Positions 38,275 to 50,678 of a DNA stretch of 64,000 nt are shown in pieces. The stretch's first letter is position 1; every line of letters begins with the position of its first letter. The position numbers and the translations under genes are program-made. The stretch is from Hydrolagus colliei (taxonomy: Eukaryota): the NCBI GenBank assembly GCA_035084275.1, contig CM068743.1, positions 134,354,001-134,418,000 on the forward strand. The letters are read 5' to 3'. Below the pieces are notes generated by a model. The model was not told where the DNA came from and searched no databases. It saw only the letters and a program-made list of their open reading frames with translations.

Positions 38275-38418
38275 CATAGAATCATAGAATTTTTCAGCAC
38301 AAAAGGAGACCATTCAGGCCATCAAGTCTGTGCCAGCTCTTTAAAAAGAGCTATTCAATCCAACATCCCGGCTCTCGTCATAACCCCACAAACTTATCGT
38401 CCCCAAATAAACATCCAA
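38275..38418 (-). mobile_element. CR1 3' terminus nested in an L2 tail
   Basis: CATAGAAT x2; the flanks join to form an L2-type tail next to (CAA)n at 38235-38261. Confidence 0.75.
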
Positions 38419-38839
38419 TAGCACCTTATACAGCTCCATTCGTGTCAGAGGATGTCTCAAGGTGTCTGTCACTTATTCTCTTACACGCCCACCTCCCCAC
38501 CAATTGTATTTTGTTTATTCTTAAAACAGAAAATTCAAGTAGGTGTCCTAGAATTTTGCTCCACTGATATTATGTCTCCATTATTCACCATTGAAAGCGG
38601 GCCTCCACACTTGCGTACTCAGTCACTGTGTCGTTACAATGGAAGCGCTAATTTACACAGCCTCATGGTGAGTGTGAGATCTCTCATTAGCTCTTCTCTA
38701 AATGTCAGAACTTAAGCACTTTGATGTGGAAGGTGCTTTATGATTGCAAATTGTATTGTAACTGCTTCTTTGTGGAACTGTGTGTCTGACAAAACAGTCA
38801 GCTACCTCCTTAAAATTCACTTGTTTCATACGAGTCTAT

Positions 38840-39720
38840 TTTAAAATTGTCACCCAACTCTCTTTCTGCCTCTACCCTCGATTCCAGGACCACTGCTGTC
38901 CTGACAGACTGCCTGTCAGACATCAAGTCCTGGATGAGAGTTAACTTTCTACAGTTGAATGTCAACAAAATGGAGGCCCCTCCTGATTGGTTCTCGCCAG
39001 CACCTTCACACATCAGGCGCTGGCAGCATCAACCTCCATGGTTGCACATTCAACCTCACCAAGCCAGTCCGGAACTTGGGCATCTGGTTCGATCCTCAAC
39101 TGTCTTTCCTCCCCCACATCCAAGCCATGACACGCTCTACCTTCCCTCACCTCTGCAACATTGCCCGACTGCACCACTACCTCACCCCTCATGCCACTGA
39201 AACTCTCAGTCATGCCTTCACCACATCCCGGCTTGACTACCAATGCCCTGCGTCCACCTTTCCAAGCTCCGTGACCCCATCTCCCCCATCTTCGCCTGAC
39301 TCCATTGGCTCCAAATCACCCAGAGGATTCAATTCAAAATACTTGTCCTCCACAGCCTCGCCCCACCCTACCTTTGCAACATCCAAACCCCTTACCAACC
39401 TGCCCGCCCCCACCGTTCAGTGGGCTCTGGCCTGCTCCATGTCCCCTGACCCACCTGCCCCACCATCGGCGGATGTACCTTCAGCCATGCCCCTAACCTC
39501 TGGAACTCCATCCCACAGTCCCTCCGCCTCGCCCTCTCCCTGGCCTCCTTCAAGTCCAGCCTCAAGACCTTCCTTTTCGTCGGTCCCATTGGTCATCCCA
39601 AATCGCCTCCTCTCCCTCCACTCTCCCCAATTCTGACCCTAGCTCAGGTCTGAAACACTGACTGTCCATCGCCTTAGGATGTCCTCCCGATGGCACCATA
39701 GAAATGCAATTTTGTTATAT
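38840..39720 (+). mobile_element. L2 LINE, post-RT region to 3' end
   Basis: LTDCLSDIKSWMRVNFLQLNVNK; VRNLGIWFDPQLSF..HI; HAFTTSRLDY. Confidence 0.92.
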
Positions 39721-40777
39721 TGTTTTTCCTGTAACTGGATACATTTTCCTGACGATACGTAACCACACACATTTTCCTGACTTTATATAAATAGATATTT
39801 AAGTGACTCATCTAAATCCTGCATGAGTTCTGACATTCATGGATACCCCACATCTGATATTATGCTTCCATTATGCATTATTGAAACCGACTTCTTCATC
39901 TGCGTACTCAGCCAGTGTGTGACAAATCTCTTCCTCGACATGCCTGCCGCACTTACGCCTGCCTAACTGTGCATTTACATGACAATGTCGTAGTTGGCAG
40001 CCAAGAACTTGTTAATGGAAACTCAGAGATGAAATGCCACTCGCCATTGAACATGACAACATTGGCAAAAACATTCATCTTGTGCATGCCAAAGGAGAGT
40101 TTAAAAATACTGTATGTATTAAAAAATTATACTTGGTAATCTGTATCCAACTCTTTGAATCTGGTCTGTTCCGTATTCGGGTGCAAACTCCGGACTGTGC
40201 AGCACCTTGGGACGTTCTCTCAACGTGAAAGGTGCAACATAAATATAAATTTGACATTGTTGTAGTTGTTATTCGCAACTCCTTTCTCACCAATATTCCC
40301 CCGTCCTCAGAAACCACTTGTTTTATTACCCCTTCTTGCTGCCTTCACAAACCTTCTAAACACTTACAAACTTTGGTCAACATCCTGGAATCTCAGTTCC
40401 CCACTCAGTGTCCAACATTACATTTGTCATATGCTTTGGCTGAAACATTTAGTTATGTGAAAATCTAATGTGTAAATTTGACTAATTGTCAGCATTTCAT
40501 TCCTTGATTATTCATCTTTATTATGATAGTTACATTTCTTAGTCTTACTAGGAAAGGAGGGAAATAGATTCTTAATCCTCTGGATTTGGCATCTCAGCAG
40601 TACACTGCTGGGTTAACATCTATAATCACAGTAGCACAGAGAGAGAATGAGCAGCGTTGGTCAGGTCTCTGATAATCAATGGGTAGAGCGAAATTTTAGG
40701 CAAATTTCCTTACTCCACCCACCTCTGCTCACCTGGCAGTAAATTGTTAGTTGATTGGTGGATTGCTTTTCTGGGGA

Positions 40778-41090
40778 TAATAATAATAATAATCCTTGCA
40801 TTTGATATAGCGCTTTCACATCTTCTAGACGTCTCAAAGCGCTTCACAGAATATACTGTAAAGTGAATTGACTGCATATTTGTGGGTGAAACGCAGCAGT
40901 CAATTGCACACAGCAGTGTCCCACAAACAGTCGTGGATTGAACTAACCAATTTATTATTGCTTTATTTTGAGGGATTATTATTAGGCGTGTTGAGTAAGG
41001 AAACATGCCCAAGGTTTCGTCCTGCCTGGAGTTGAACCCAGGTCTCTTGCTTGTACGGAGAGTGCTCTAACCACTGAGCTACAGGACTCC
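40778..41090 (-). mobile_element. tRNA-SINE, full length
   Basis: Complete head (GTCCTG…CAGGAC acceptor-like stem) and tail hairpin; preceded by a long-variant fragment at about 40688-40777 (+). Confidence 0.92.
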
Positions 41091-41111
41091 ACAATAATTT
41101 CTTTTTTAAAA

Positions 41112-41265
41112 ATGTGATCACTTAATCCATGACTGTTTGTGGAACACTGCTGTGCACAATTAGCTGCCACGTTTCACCCCAAACTATACAGTCAATTCAC
41201 TTTACAGGATATTCTGTGAAGAGTGAAAAGGCACGATATGAAAGGCAAGGTTTCTTGTTACTATT
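41112..41265 (+). mobile_element. tRNA-SINE 3' half
   Basis: Inverted relative to the adjacent copy. Confidence 0.8.
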
Positions 41266-42119
41266 GTTATCCTCGTAGGCTCAGATTGTAGCCAGTGTCA
41301 ATCAGGATTACATTTCAGTTTTGTAAATGCAGGTCTCCAAAGCCAAGCTGCAGCTTTACAAATGCTAAAATGTTATCTTTACATTATTGTTTGTAAACGC
41401 AGGGTAATGAGAGTAGCTGACAAGAACCATCAAATCAAGGCTGGATAGGCACTGAACAGATAGGCTTCACTAGGGTTGATAAAGCGCACTGAATTGATAA
41501 CAGAATGAATCCATGAATGCACATTTCTCCTTTGTGGCAGAGGCTATGCAAGAGTGCAAAGGATCGCCATGGCTTAACATGCTGGTCTGCAATTGTCGAG
41601 TGCTACGTTAAGATGTTAATGCCTGACAAAAACCTTGAGGAATTCAGGTGGTATTTTTGTCTGAAAAAGAGGTTGCGATGGAACACAAGCAGCGTATTCA
41701 TTAAAATGATCTTTCACAAGAACCCAGTCTGTTCCCCAAGGAGCCTATCAGTTCTGTTTTGGACAGAGGCCAGAAGAAAAATTTCAACCTGCAATTTTTA
41801 AGATGCCTGGCAGAGGCACCTGTAATGTGCAAGATCTCAGGGTTTTCTAACAAGGACGGTTAGGCATCTACCTGTATGTCTAAACAAATAAGCCAAAAGC
41901 ATGGCTTCTGTTTCCTAAATGATCTTTGGCCAAAATGTTTCTGTTTAAGTTTTTAAACATCCTCCTGCGTGCTGTCAATCAGAGCCGTAAAACAAATGAA
42001 AATATTACGCTTGTATTATTATTTTTGTTGAGTAATAAACATTGTTTGTTTCAGAGCCGGTTACTGTTCGGTGGTCATCTGTCAAGTTCACCCCATTGGT
42101 TTCACATTGCATTTGATGG

Positions 42120-42380
42120 TGGAGGGCTTGGATCGGGAGTGGGGGAGTAGGGGAGGGAGGGAGCAGGGGAGAGAGTGGGAAGGGAATGGGGGAGGGGAGA
42201 GCAGGGGAGTGGGGAGGGAGTGGAGTAGACGAGTAGGGATGGAGTTGAGCAGGGCAGTGGGGGAGAGGAGTTGGGGTGGGAGTTGCGGGTGATGTGGGAG
42301 TGAGGGAGTGGGGGAGGGAGGGAGGGGAGTGGGACAGGGGAGTGGAGGAAAGAGTGGAGTGGGGGAGGGAGTTGGCAGGG
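42120..42380 (+). repeat. G-rich purine tract (GGGAG/GGAGT units), G-quadruplex-prone
   Basis: Many runs of three or more G. Confidence 0.8.
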
Positions 42381-43729
42381 AAGTTGTCTCAATGTTGAGT
42401 CCATTTTAAACATCAAGAAAGATATCTTTTTGTTTCATGATGCCGGGCAAATGTGCAAGATCTCAGGCTTTCCTAAAAACAACTTCAATTTATATAGCAA
42501 TCTTAATACAGCTTAATATCTCAGAGCACTGCGAGCAGTCTTGCACCGATTAACTTATTATTTATTTAACGATCAACTGGCTAATACATTTTCTTTAATA
42601 TTTACCGCATTTTGAAGTGAAAAATGAAAAATGTGATGTGATAATTATCACTACATTTTTCATCTTGTATTGCACTGTGAACTCCGGTCCAGTTCCAATT
42701 TCTTTCACTCTTAGTCAAGCAGCATGATGAACAAAAGAGTGTCTGTCAGCTTTCTCAGTGTAAAATTGCCCCAGTTGTAGTTGTCTATGTGGGCGCAGTC
42801 CCTTTCCAGCACACTTGCATTCAGAATCAACAGGTGTATCAGTAATGTTACAAGGAGTCCACACAAAATAAATACATAAAAGAATTTCATTTGCAGCATT
42901 TTTAACTGAATTACTTCATGAGGAATCTGTCAACGCAAACAGAAACACTACTTCCTGCAAATAGACTATAATAGAATATCATACTATACTGACTGCTGGG
43001 CAGTCCAGTCTCAATCAATTTACTTCCAGAGCAAGGAGGTCTGACGAGGCTCACGGGCCTCCAGCAATATTCTTTATGGACAAATCCGATGATGAAAAAT
43101 CTCAGAGAAGAACCTTATACAGACTTATGAGTAAACTTTCTCCAGAAGAAAAATAATGAGCTCAGAACAGTAATTTCTTCAAATGTACATTTTTTAATAA
43201 GCAGTTTGGGTTCCCCTTTAAATTTTGGGTGCAGTTCTGATCCCTCGTGTGAACTTGGTTGAACTCTGAGCAAATAGTCTTGGGTTATTAAGCTTATCAT
43301 CCCAATGCACAATGACCATACTACTGAATGAAAAGAGAAGTTACAGATTCAGTACAAAGTAGTTTCAGCCAGAGCATGCCCTTCCTCCCACCCAACCCAC
43401 CCAAACCCCTTCACCCAGTATCAAAACTGACATCAAACACTTTGGCTCCCTTCATTTGTGCATCCTCAAGCTCTGTAGCCGACTCGATCATGAATGAACA
43501 AAAGAACTTAACATGATGAAACTAACAAGTGTTCAGCAAATGTATTCATAAAAATTAGTTTAAAAAAAACACAGCAGAGAAAGGATGGCTGTGTGGGTGT
43601 GGTAACAATCTACTGTTTAAAGGGCAAAATCCCATATAGATATGTAACAAAACTCAAAGTTACCATATATAGACAATTCACTTAATAGTATATTCTGTGA
43701 AGCGCTTTGAGACGTCTAGTGTATTGGTA

Positions 43730-43891
43730 ACGAGCACTTGCCTCACAACCGAGAGGACCTAGATTCCTTTACCAACAGGGCAAATTTCCTTTGTTTACCT
43801 AGAAGTAAGTACGAACCCAGTTATTAGGTGATTGGCATATAATAATCCCTTCAAAAATAAATAAACAATAATAATTTAGTCACTCAAACCA
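43730..43891 (+). mobile_element. tRNA-SINE long-variant 5' part
   Basis: Contains GTTTACCTAGAAGTAAGTACGAACCC; preceded by a SINE tail at about 43665-43720. Confidence 0.7.
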
Positions 43892-44560
43892 CATAGATTC
43901 ATAGAATTTTACGGCACAAAAGGAGGCCATTCGGCCCATCTAGTCTGTGCCGGCTCTTTGAAAAGAGCGATTCGATCCCACTGCCATGCCCGCTCCCCAT
44001 AGCCTAATAGACCTGTTCTCCCTAAATAAATATCTAATTCCCTTTTAAAAGTTGTTATCGAATCAGCCTCCACCACCTTTTCAGGCAATGCATTCCAGAT
44101 TCGAACAACTCGCTGAGTGAAAACATTTCTCCTCAGCTCCCCTCTACTTCGCCTTGAAACTATTTTAAATCTGTGACCACGAGTCACAGATTCGCCCACG
44201 AGTGGAAATAGTTTTTCTCTATTTGCCCTGTCGAAACCCCTCATGATCTTATAAACCTCTATTAGGTCTCCCCTCAATCTTCTCTGCTCCAGAGAGAATA
44301 ACCCTAGCCTATCTAGCCTCTCCTCATAGCTGAAGTCCCTCAATCCTGGCACCATCCTAGTAAATCTTCTTTGTACCCTTTCCAATGTCTTCACATCCTT
44401 TCTGTAGTGTGGTGACCAGAATTGAACACAGTATTCCAGCTGAGGGCTCACCAAAGTTTTATAGAGGTTAGTCAGCACTTCCTGACTTTTGTACTCTATA
44501 CCCCTATTTATAAAGCCTAGTATCCCATATGCCTTCTTAACAGCCTTGTCTACTTGTCCT
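43892..44560 (-). mobile_element. Young 5'-truncated CR1 LINE (open ORF2 C-terminus)
   Basis: LYKTLV.PQLEYCVQFWSPHYRKD..LERVQRRFT…RLRGDLIEVYKI…TRGH…WNALP; ATTCTATG tail. Confidence 0.96.
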
Positions 44561-45704
44561 TGGTGACACTGAATCAACAGAGGGCCATTGAAATGAGGCT
44601 CAACTCTGTTACCCCAGGCTGCTGGCCACATCACAAGACTACTCTCGATGAAGAAGGTTATTTGGCCATCCTATGTAACTCTTCTTGAACACTCATCGGT
44701 GGAACCATCGCTCAATGGGAAGGGAATGTGTGTGTCCAAGCAGCAGGTAGGATGATGTTGGCTACGTCGTCATGCTTAGTCACTCAAACTACAATGGTTT
44801 GTGGGACACTGAATCAATTGGGGGGCGTCTGAAGATTCTTCAAGATGTTTCTCACATCAAGGGGGGGTTTTATAAGTGCAAGTTGTTCATTCATTTAAAC
44901 TTACTGAAACTGGATACAAATTAACTTGAACAATCATCACTCTAAAAGATCAATATGTCAGCAGTGAAAATATTTCCTCGGATAAAACTAAATTGATGAA
45001 GCTCATTTATTGCTATTATTGTTAAAGCCATGGTAAGTAAACTGAGATGGTATCATTCTGAACATTCTGTCTGTCTTTAGCCTAGAGAGGAGATATAAAT
45101 GTGTCAGGAAACTTAGTTGATACTATACCTAATTTTCTGTACTTACACTAACATTAACACCAACACCAACACTAGAGATATTACAGGGCTTAAGACACCA
45201 TCACACAAGGCAGTTTTCTCCACATCTCCAGAGGCAAGAGAGTACGAAACATTAGAAAATCTTGGGGAGAGAAGGAGTGGTAATGGGGGCCACGTGAAAG
45301 GATTCCCTGCCACCCGGACCATGAAGCTGATGTGGGCACAGCCATCAATGGTGGGGGGCGAGGGGGGGGGGGGGCAGAAATACTCATAGGGTTTCCCCCC
45401 AAAATGCTGCAATGCTTTTCCCAAAAAACTCTTCTATGCCCCCACAGCATTAAGAGATGATGCAGACCTGATTCCAGTCTTCATGATTTTATTATAATTA
45501 TTATTATTATTATTTGGGTTGTGCTTCTTTCATGAAAGATTCCATATCAGATCTTGCTTAGCCAAGAAGATTTGGTCTGGATACTCAGCAAATATTTATA
45601 AGTTGGGTGACTATTCATTTAATCTTACACACACTTTATATGAACAAAAATTAGACTACACTGATCTGACTGACCCCAGGCTGCACACTGCAAAACTCAT
45701 AGTC

Positions 45705-45845
45705 CAGCATTCTCTTGAAGGGTCGTGGACTCGAAACATTGACTCACTTTCTTTTCTCCATAGATGCTGCCTGACCTGGCGAGTGTTCCCAGCGATTTCT
45801 GTTTTTGTTTCAGATTTCTAGTGTCTGCAGTATTTTGCATTTTTG
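45705..45845 (+). mobile_element. Penelope-type terminal repeat with a decayed hammerhead core
   Basis: CTCTTGA-A-GGGTC-GTG-GACTC-GAAAC followed by TCTCCATAGATGCTGCCTGACCTG. Confidence 0.6.
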
Positions 45846-46888
45846 TCAAACGTTGCCATTACCTCGTTTGGAGAAATAATTCCATCATTGTTCATTGTTG
45901 CTAAAACAAAAAGCAGCTTTAACTGCAGTAAGACTCGTACGGAGAAAACATACAATGGCTGGAATGTGTGCGAGAGTCAGAGGAGCGGTTTCAGCTACTG
46001 ATCTTGCCAATGGGGGAGGGAGGGTTGGAGGGGAGAATGAGTATAAGTTTTGTTAACTTGCCCACATGAGCTGAACACTGAAGTATGAAGTACAAACGCA
46101 GAAAGCTGCAAATAAAGACAGGCTGATGATTTCAGGGTGAACATTCACCAACACTGGCCCAATTCTGAGGATGGGTCACAAGTTATCCTACCAAAATGGA
46201 GGCATTTCTCTGCAGGATCAGGTCCAAAATTCTCATTGGTGACAATGAGAGGAACCAAATGTTATTTCCACGAGTAGCCGTTAAAATGTTCCTGTTCAGT
46301 GCCAGTAACTAGTTCTACTCACTAGGGCTCACAAAAGCGAGCGTGGTTGGTCCAGAAAGTGCTTGATGATGGATTCATGAATGCTATCAATCAACAAATA
46401 TTCAATCAAGGAAAAATTGAACCAACATACTAGTAATCGAACACAGACTTGCCTATTAGACTAGTGCGAATGTTTTGGGGACCACATGTCGATGGTTCCA
46501 CAGGTAATTCCGGCCAGCAAGCCATAGCCACCGCTGCTCTATGTATACCATTCCTCATCTCCACTTTAAGCATGTACTTGATCTTTTCCCAGTTGGAAAC
46601 CATTCCATCACCTTGTAGCAAGCTTCAGGCCACAAGACACACACTTTGGTCTGCTAGTTAGATTCACTCTATTGATCGGCGTCCCAGATTAATACCAGCA
46701 ACATATTCTTGGTTCTAGTTGGGTTTCTGACACAAATTTTTAGAAATAGTTTATGAGCTATTTACTAAAATGAAAATCACATTTTAAGTGTGACATTCAC
46801 GCGTGCAGGAGCATGGTGAAGGTTCAAAGGAATTAAGGCTCCATATCAAACAGATTTTACTTAATGGAGGTAAATGTTGTTTCTTGGA

Positions 46889-47382
46889 CATAGAATCATA
46901 GAATCATAGAATTTTACGGCACAAAAGGAGGCCATTCGGCCCATCTAGTCTGTGCCGGCTCTTTGAAAAGAGCGATTCAATCCCACTGCCCTGCCCGCTC
47001 CCCATAGCCTAATAGACCCGTTCTCCCTAAATAAAGATCTAATTCCCTTTTAAAAGTTGTTATCGAATCAGCCTCCACCACCTTTTCAGGCAATGCATTC
47101 CAGATTCGAACAACTCGCTGAGTGAAAAAATTTCTCCTCAGCTCCCCTCTACTGCGCCTTGAAACTATTTTAAATCTGTGACCACGAGTCACAGATTCAC
47201 CCACGAGTGGAAATAGTTTTTCTCTATTTGCCCTGTCGAAACCCCTCATGATCTTATAAACCTCTATTAGGTCTCCCCTCAATCTTCTCTGCTCCAGAGA
47301 GAATAACCCTAGCCTCTCCTCATAGCTGAAGTCCCTCAATCCTGGCACCATCCTAGTAAATCTTCGTTGTACCCTTTCCAAT
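46889..47382 (-). mobile_element. Young 5'-truncated CR1 LINE
   Basis: About 98% identical to the 43892 copy by manual count; (CATAGAAT)x3. Confidence 0.96.
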
Positions 47383-47469
47383 TTCATAAAGTGGTTTATG
47401 AAAGATCCACCTATATACAATCCTGGAAAATGAGGTTTGATGCAAATATATCATGATAGATTCCATATT

Positions 47470-47645
47470 ATTAACAATAATAACAATTCCATTTGATATA
47501 TCACCTTCTCACATCTTTGAAACGTCTCACAGTGCTTCTCAGAATATACTGTAATGTGAATTGACTGTATATTTTGTGTGCAAAACGCAGCAGCCAATTC
47601 CACACAGCAGTGGCCCACAAACAGTGATGGATTGAAGTGACCAAT
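47470..47645 (-). mobile_element. tRNA-SINE 3' half
   Basis: Matches the main SINE. Confidence 0.8.
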
Positions 47646-48104
47646 ATTCTAGCACAATGTATTCAATTACTTTTACATCTCAATTATATGTCAACCATTA
47701 TATTGCTAGTCAGAAAACAGATGACACATACGTCTGTGAGTTTTAATAGCTTGATAAAGAATCTCATGCCAAATACTGACAATGAAAATGGCAACCAGAC
47801 TTCATAATATGGTCTCCATGTGTGGGAGCAGGAACACACATTTAATGCAAATTTAGAACACGCTGGTTGACACAAAGATTAATTCAAGTTCCAATATCTT
47901 CATCCAACATCCAACAAAAAGAGTGGAGAAGGAACATCGCGAGCTCTTCAGCTCATCAAACCCACCACTTCTCCAGATGAGACAAAGTCTACCCAATCAT
48001 AAACTTGACACCAACCATATCAGCGCCTGAGGGAAAGTTCTGCAAATATTCCTTGCACCCCAAAGATAATCAAACAGAAACTCCAAAAGATTCAACTCAA
48101 GAGC

Positions 48105-48637
48105 AACAACTTTTACTTATATAGCTCCCTCCATGCAGAGTAGCGACTCAAAGTTCTTAACAGTAGAGGAGCCTGACTGTGAGCCAAGGGGAAGGGTGGG
48201 AGGGGGGAAGGTTGACTTGAAAAAGGGGGAGAGTGGGGGCAAGGTATAGGGATTGAGGGATAGTGTTCCAGAATTTTGGGGTGTAGTGGCTGAAAGGGCA
48301 ACCTCCTATGGTGGGAGGTGTAGGGGTGCGAGAGATCAGTAGGGGGCCAGTGCCAGTCGAGCAGGGGTTCTGGGTGGTGGTTTGGGGAGTGAGGAGGTCG
48401 GAGAGGTAGGGAGGAGCCAGGGAGTGAATAGATTTGAACACAAGTGTGAGGATCTTGAAGTTGATCCATTCAGTGATGGGGAGCCAGTGGTGCCTGGCCA
48501 GAAGTGGTGAGATGGTGGGGGTAAAGAGTTTGGTCCAGGTCAGTATGCGGGACACAGAGTTCTAAATTACGTAGCTGGATGTTTTGAATGGTGGAGCTGG
48601 GGAGACCGGAGAGGAGTGCATTGGAGTAAATCAGCTT
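48105..48637 (-). mobile_element. 5'-truncated L2 (type B tail)
   Basis: ISPLLARHHWLPI..INFKILTLVFKSIHSLAPPYLSDLL. Confidence 0.88.
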
Positions 48638-48900
48638 GGTTCAGTTAGTGGCAATCTCGCCTCTGAGTCTGAAGGTTGTGGTTTCAAGCCACAGATCGTC
48701 ACTTTGAACTTGCAATCTAGGTTGCCTTGGTTGCCTTGCATTGTCAGATTATGATAAGACTTTCAACCAAAGTGTATTTACCTGATCAGGGGTATGTTAA
48801 AGATCCCATGGCACTATTTAAAAATAGAAGGAGTTTCTCCCAGCATCCTAAACAACAATCTCCCAAATTAAATTAGTGATTCACTGTTTGTGAGACATTC
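48638..48900 (+). mobile_element. Old SacSINE1/DeuSINE-like element
   Basis: CTCGCCTCTGAGTCTGAAGGTTGTGG…TAAAGATCCCATGGCACTATTT. Confidence 0.7.
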
Positions 48901-50387
48901 TCTTATGCCCCTATAGCACAAAAAATTCCAAAGATTTACAAACCATATAGCATGGAAACAGGTCACTGGGCCCAACTGGTCTTCACACATTCCTTACTCG
49001 ATCACATACTCTTCTTTACCCCTCTCCCTCATGTGACGGGCAAGTTTCCTTTGAATGTATTTATCTGATACAACCACTCCTTCAGACAGCAAGTCCCACA
49101 ATCTGACTACCCTCCTTAAATTATCCTTCAGATCCCCTAGCTTCTATCTTATACTTGTGTCCCCTGGTTACTGATTCCCAAATATTTGTGTCTTGTTGAG
49201 TATTTGTTCTTAGACTGTACCTATCCCTGCATCTCCCATGCCATTACCATGTAGGTACGTATCTGATAATTTTTGAATGGATTAATCAATGTTGCATCAA
49301 ATGCTTTTGTTGAGAAGTTCCACATCTCCCCCACTCAATGGAGAAATTATTATTTTAATGTTTAGCCTCAGTGCACATTTTTATTTTTAAATCGATCAAA
49401 AAGTTTTTTTAAAAATGTTTCTTCCATGATTTACAGCGATGTGTTATTTGCAATGACCATTTTGCAAATTTTGGAAGCTGTTTAACTAGTGAGAATCACA
49501 ATGGCTAAACATGAAAATATGTGACCAAGTATCCAGAACAAAAAAGGATAGAGCAACATGACTGCTAGCTGTTTATAAGACAATCCTGGGTACAAATTAA
49601 CTATCATATCAAATACAGTTACTTTACTGTAAATACTGTCAAGCATTTTTAGATATTTTGACAACATGATAAGGTTCCATATCAAATACTGTATAAGAAC
49701 TATCAAATTTATTTATTTTTGCAGACACTGAACAGCATATTGGACAAAACATCCAAAATCGAAAGGGAGAACAACAAGGTCCAGATAAGATAGAACGATA
49801 CTCCAAAGCAGGTACAATCTTTGAAATGTCAGCAACCGACAAAAAAAACATGATTTTTCACAATGAACACTTTTTCAAAGTAAAAATCTGACGCAGAAAA
49901 TCTCTTACGATCTTAACTTTTAAGAACGTTTAAGGTGTAAGTTGTTGCTGTTTAAGTTTTTTAAAATTAGAATCTGACTTTACTATTTTGAAACACATGC
50001 ATTACCGAACAAGAAGATGTGTGTTTTCCTGGAAATGTATTATAATAATAATCCTTGCATTCAATATACACCTTTTCATTTCAGCTCACCACTCAGCAAA
50101 ACAAAATGCTGTCACACAATGAGGTAAAATGTGAATGTGTGGTATGTTATCACAAGTTAACACCTTTGGTGACCTTATGATGTTCAATTAACTTGATATC
50201 TAGTGCCAGGGTTTGGTGACGCCAAACTTCCCTCCTCCACTTCCTTTTCAATCTTTATGCCTAGAAATTGTCTTATGGCACCCTGCATGTCTATCTGACA
50301 GCTTACTGTAATTGACAAAAAACAGAGTGAAATCACGCTGATTGGTATGACAATCTGTAAGCCAGGAGTCCAATATACACAAAACGC

Positions 50388-50480
50388 AAAATAATGCAGA
50401 TGCTGGAAATCTGAAACAATGAACCTGAAATTGGATATCTGAATCAACTTGTTTCAGATTTTCAGCATCTGTAGTATTTT
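50388..50480. repeat. 32-bp inverted repeat of Penelope-type repeat ends
   Basis: Arms 50388-50419 and 50449-50480 are 29/32 complementary. Confidence 0.8.
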
Positions 50481-50571
50481 ACATTGTGTTTATATTTAAT
50501 TCACCGTCACATCTCTTCTAGGAATGCCTACCTTGATGAAGTTTTGCTCTCCCCCCTCCCTCCCAACAAGC

Positions 50572-50678
50572 CCCAGTTTCTGGCAAAGGGTTGTGGACCC
50601 GAAACGATCCACTTTCCTCTCTCCATAGATGTTGCCTGACCTGCTGAATGTTCCCAGCGACTTCTGGTTTTGTTTTAG
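50572..50678 (+). mobile_element. Penelope-type terminal repeat with a decayed hammerhead core
   Basis: CTGGCAA-A-GGGTT-GTG-GACCC-GAAAC, then TCTCCATAGATGTTGCCTGACCTGCTGA. Confidence 0.6.

Noticed and set aside
41019-41090. tRNA gene calls for SINE heads
   Set aside because: Each runs directly into SINE body sequence with variable anticodons and mutated stems, so they are SINE heads.
42071-42416. G/E/R-rich and Pro-rich ORFs
   Set aside because: They translate a low-complexity G tract.
43909-44634. 241-aa ORF as a host gene
   Set aside because: It is a CR1 ORF2 C-terminus with a chance N-terminal extension from the flank and a lost stop.
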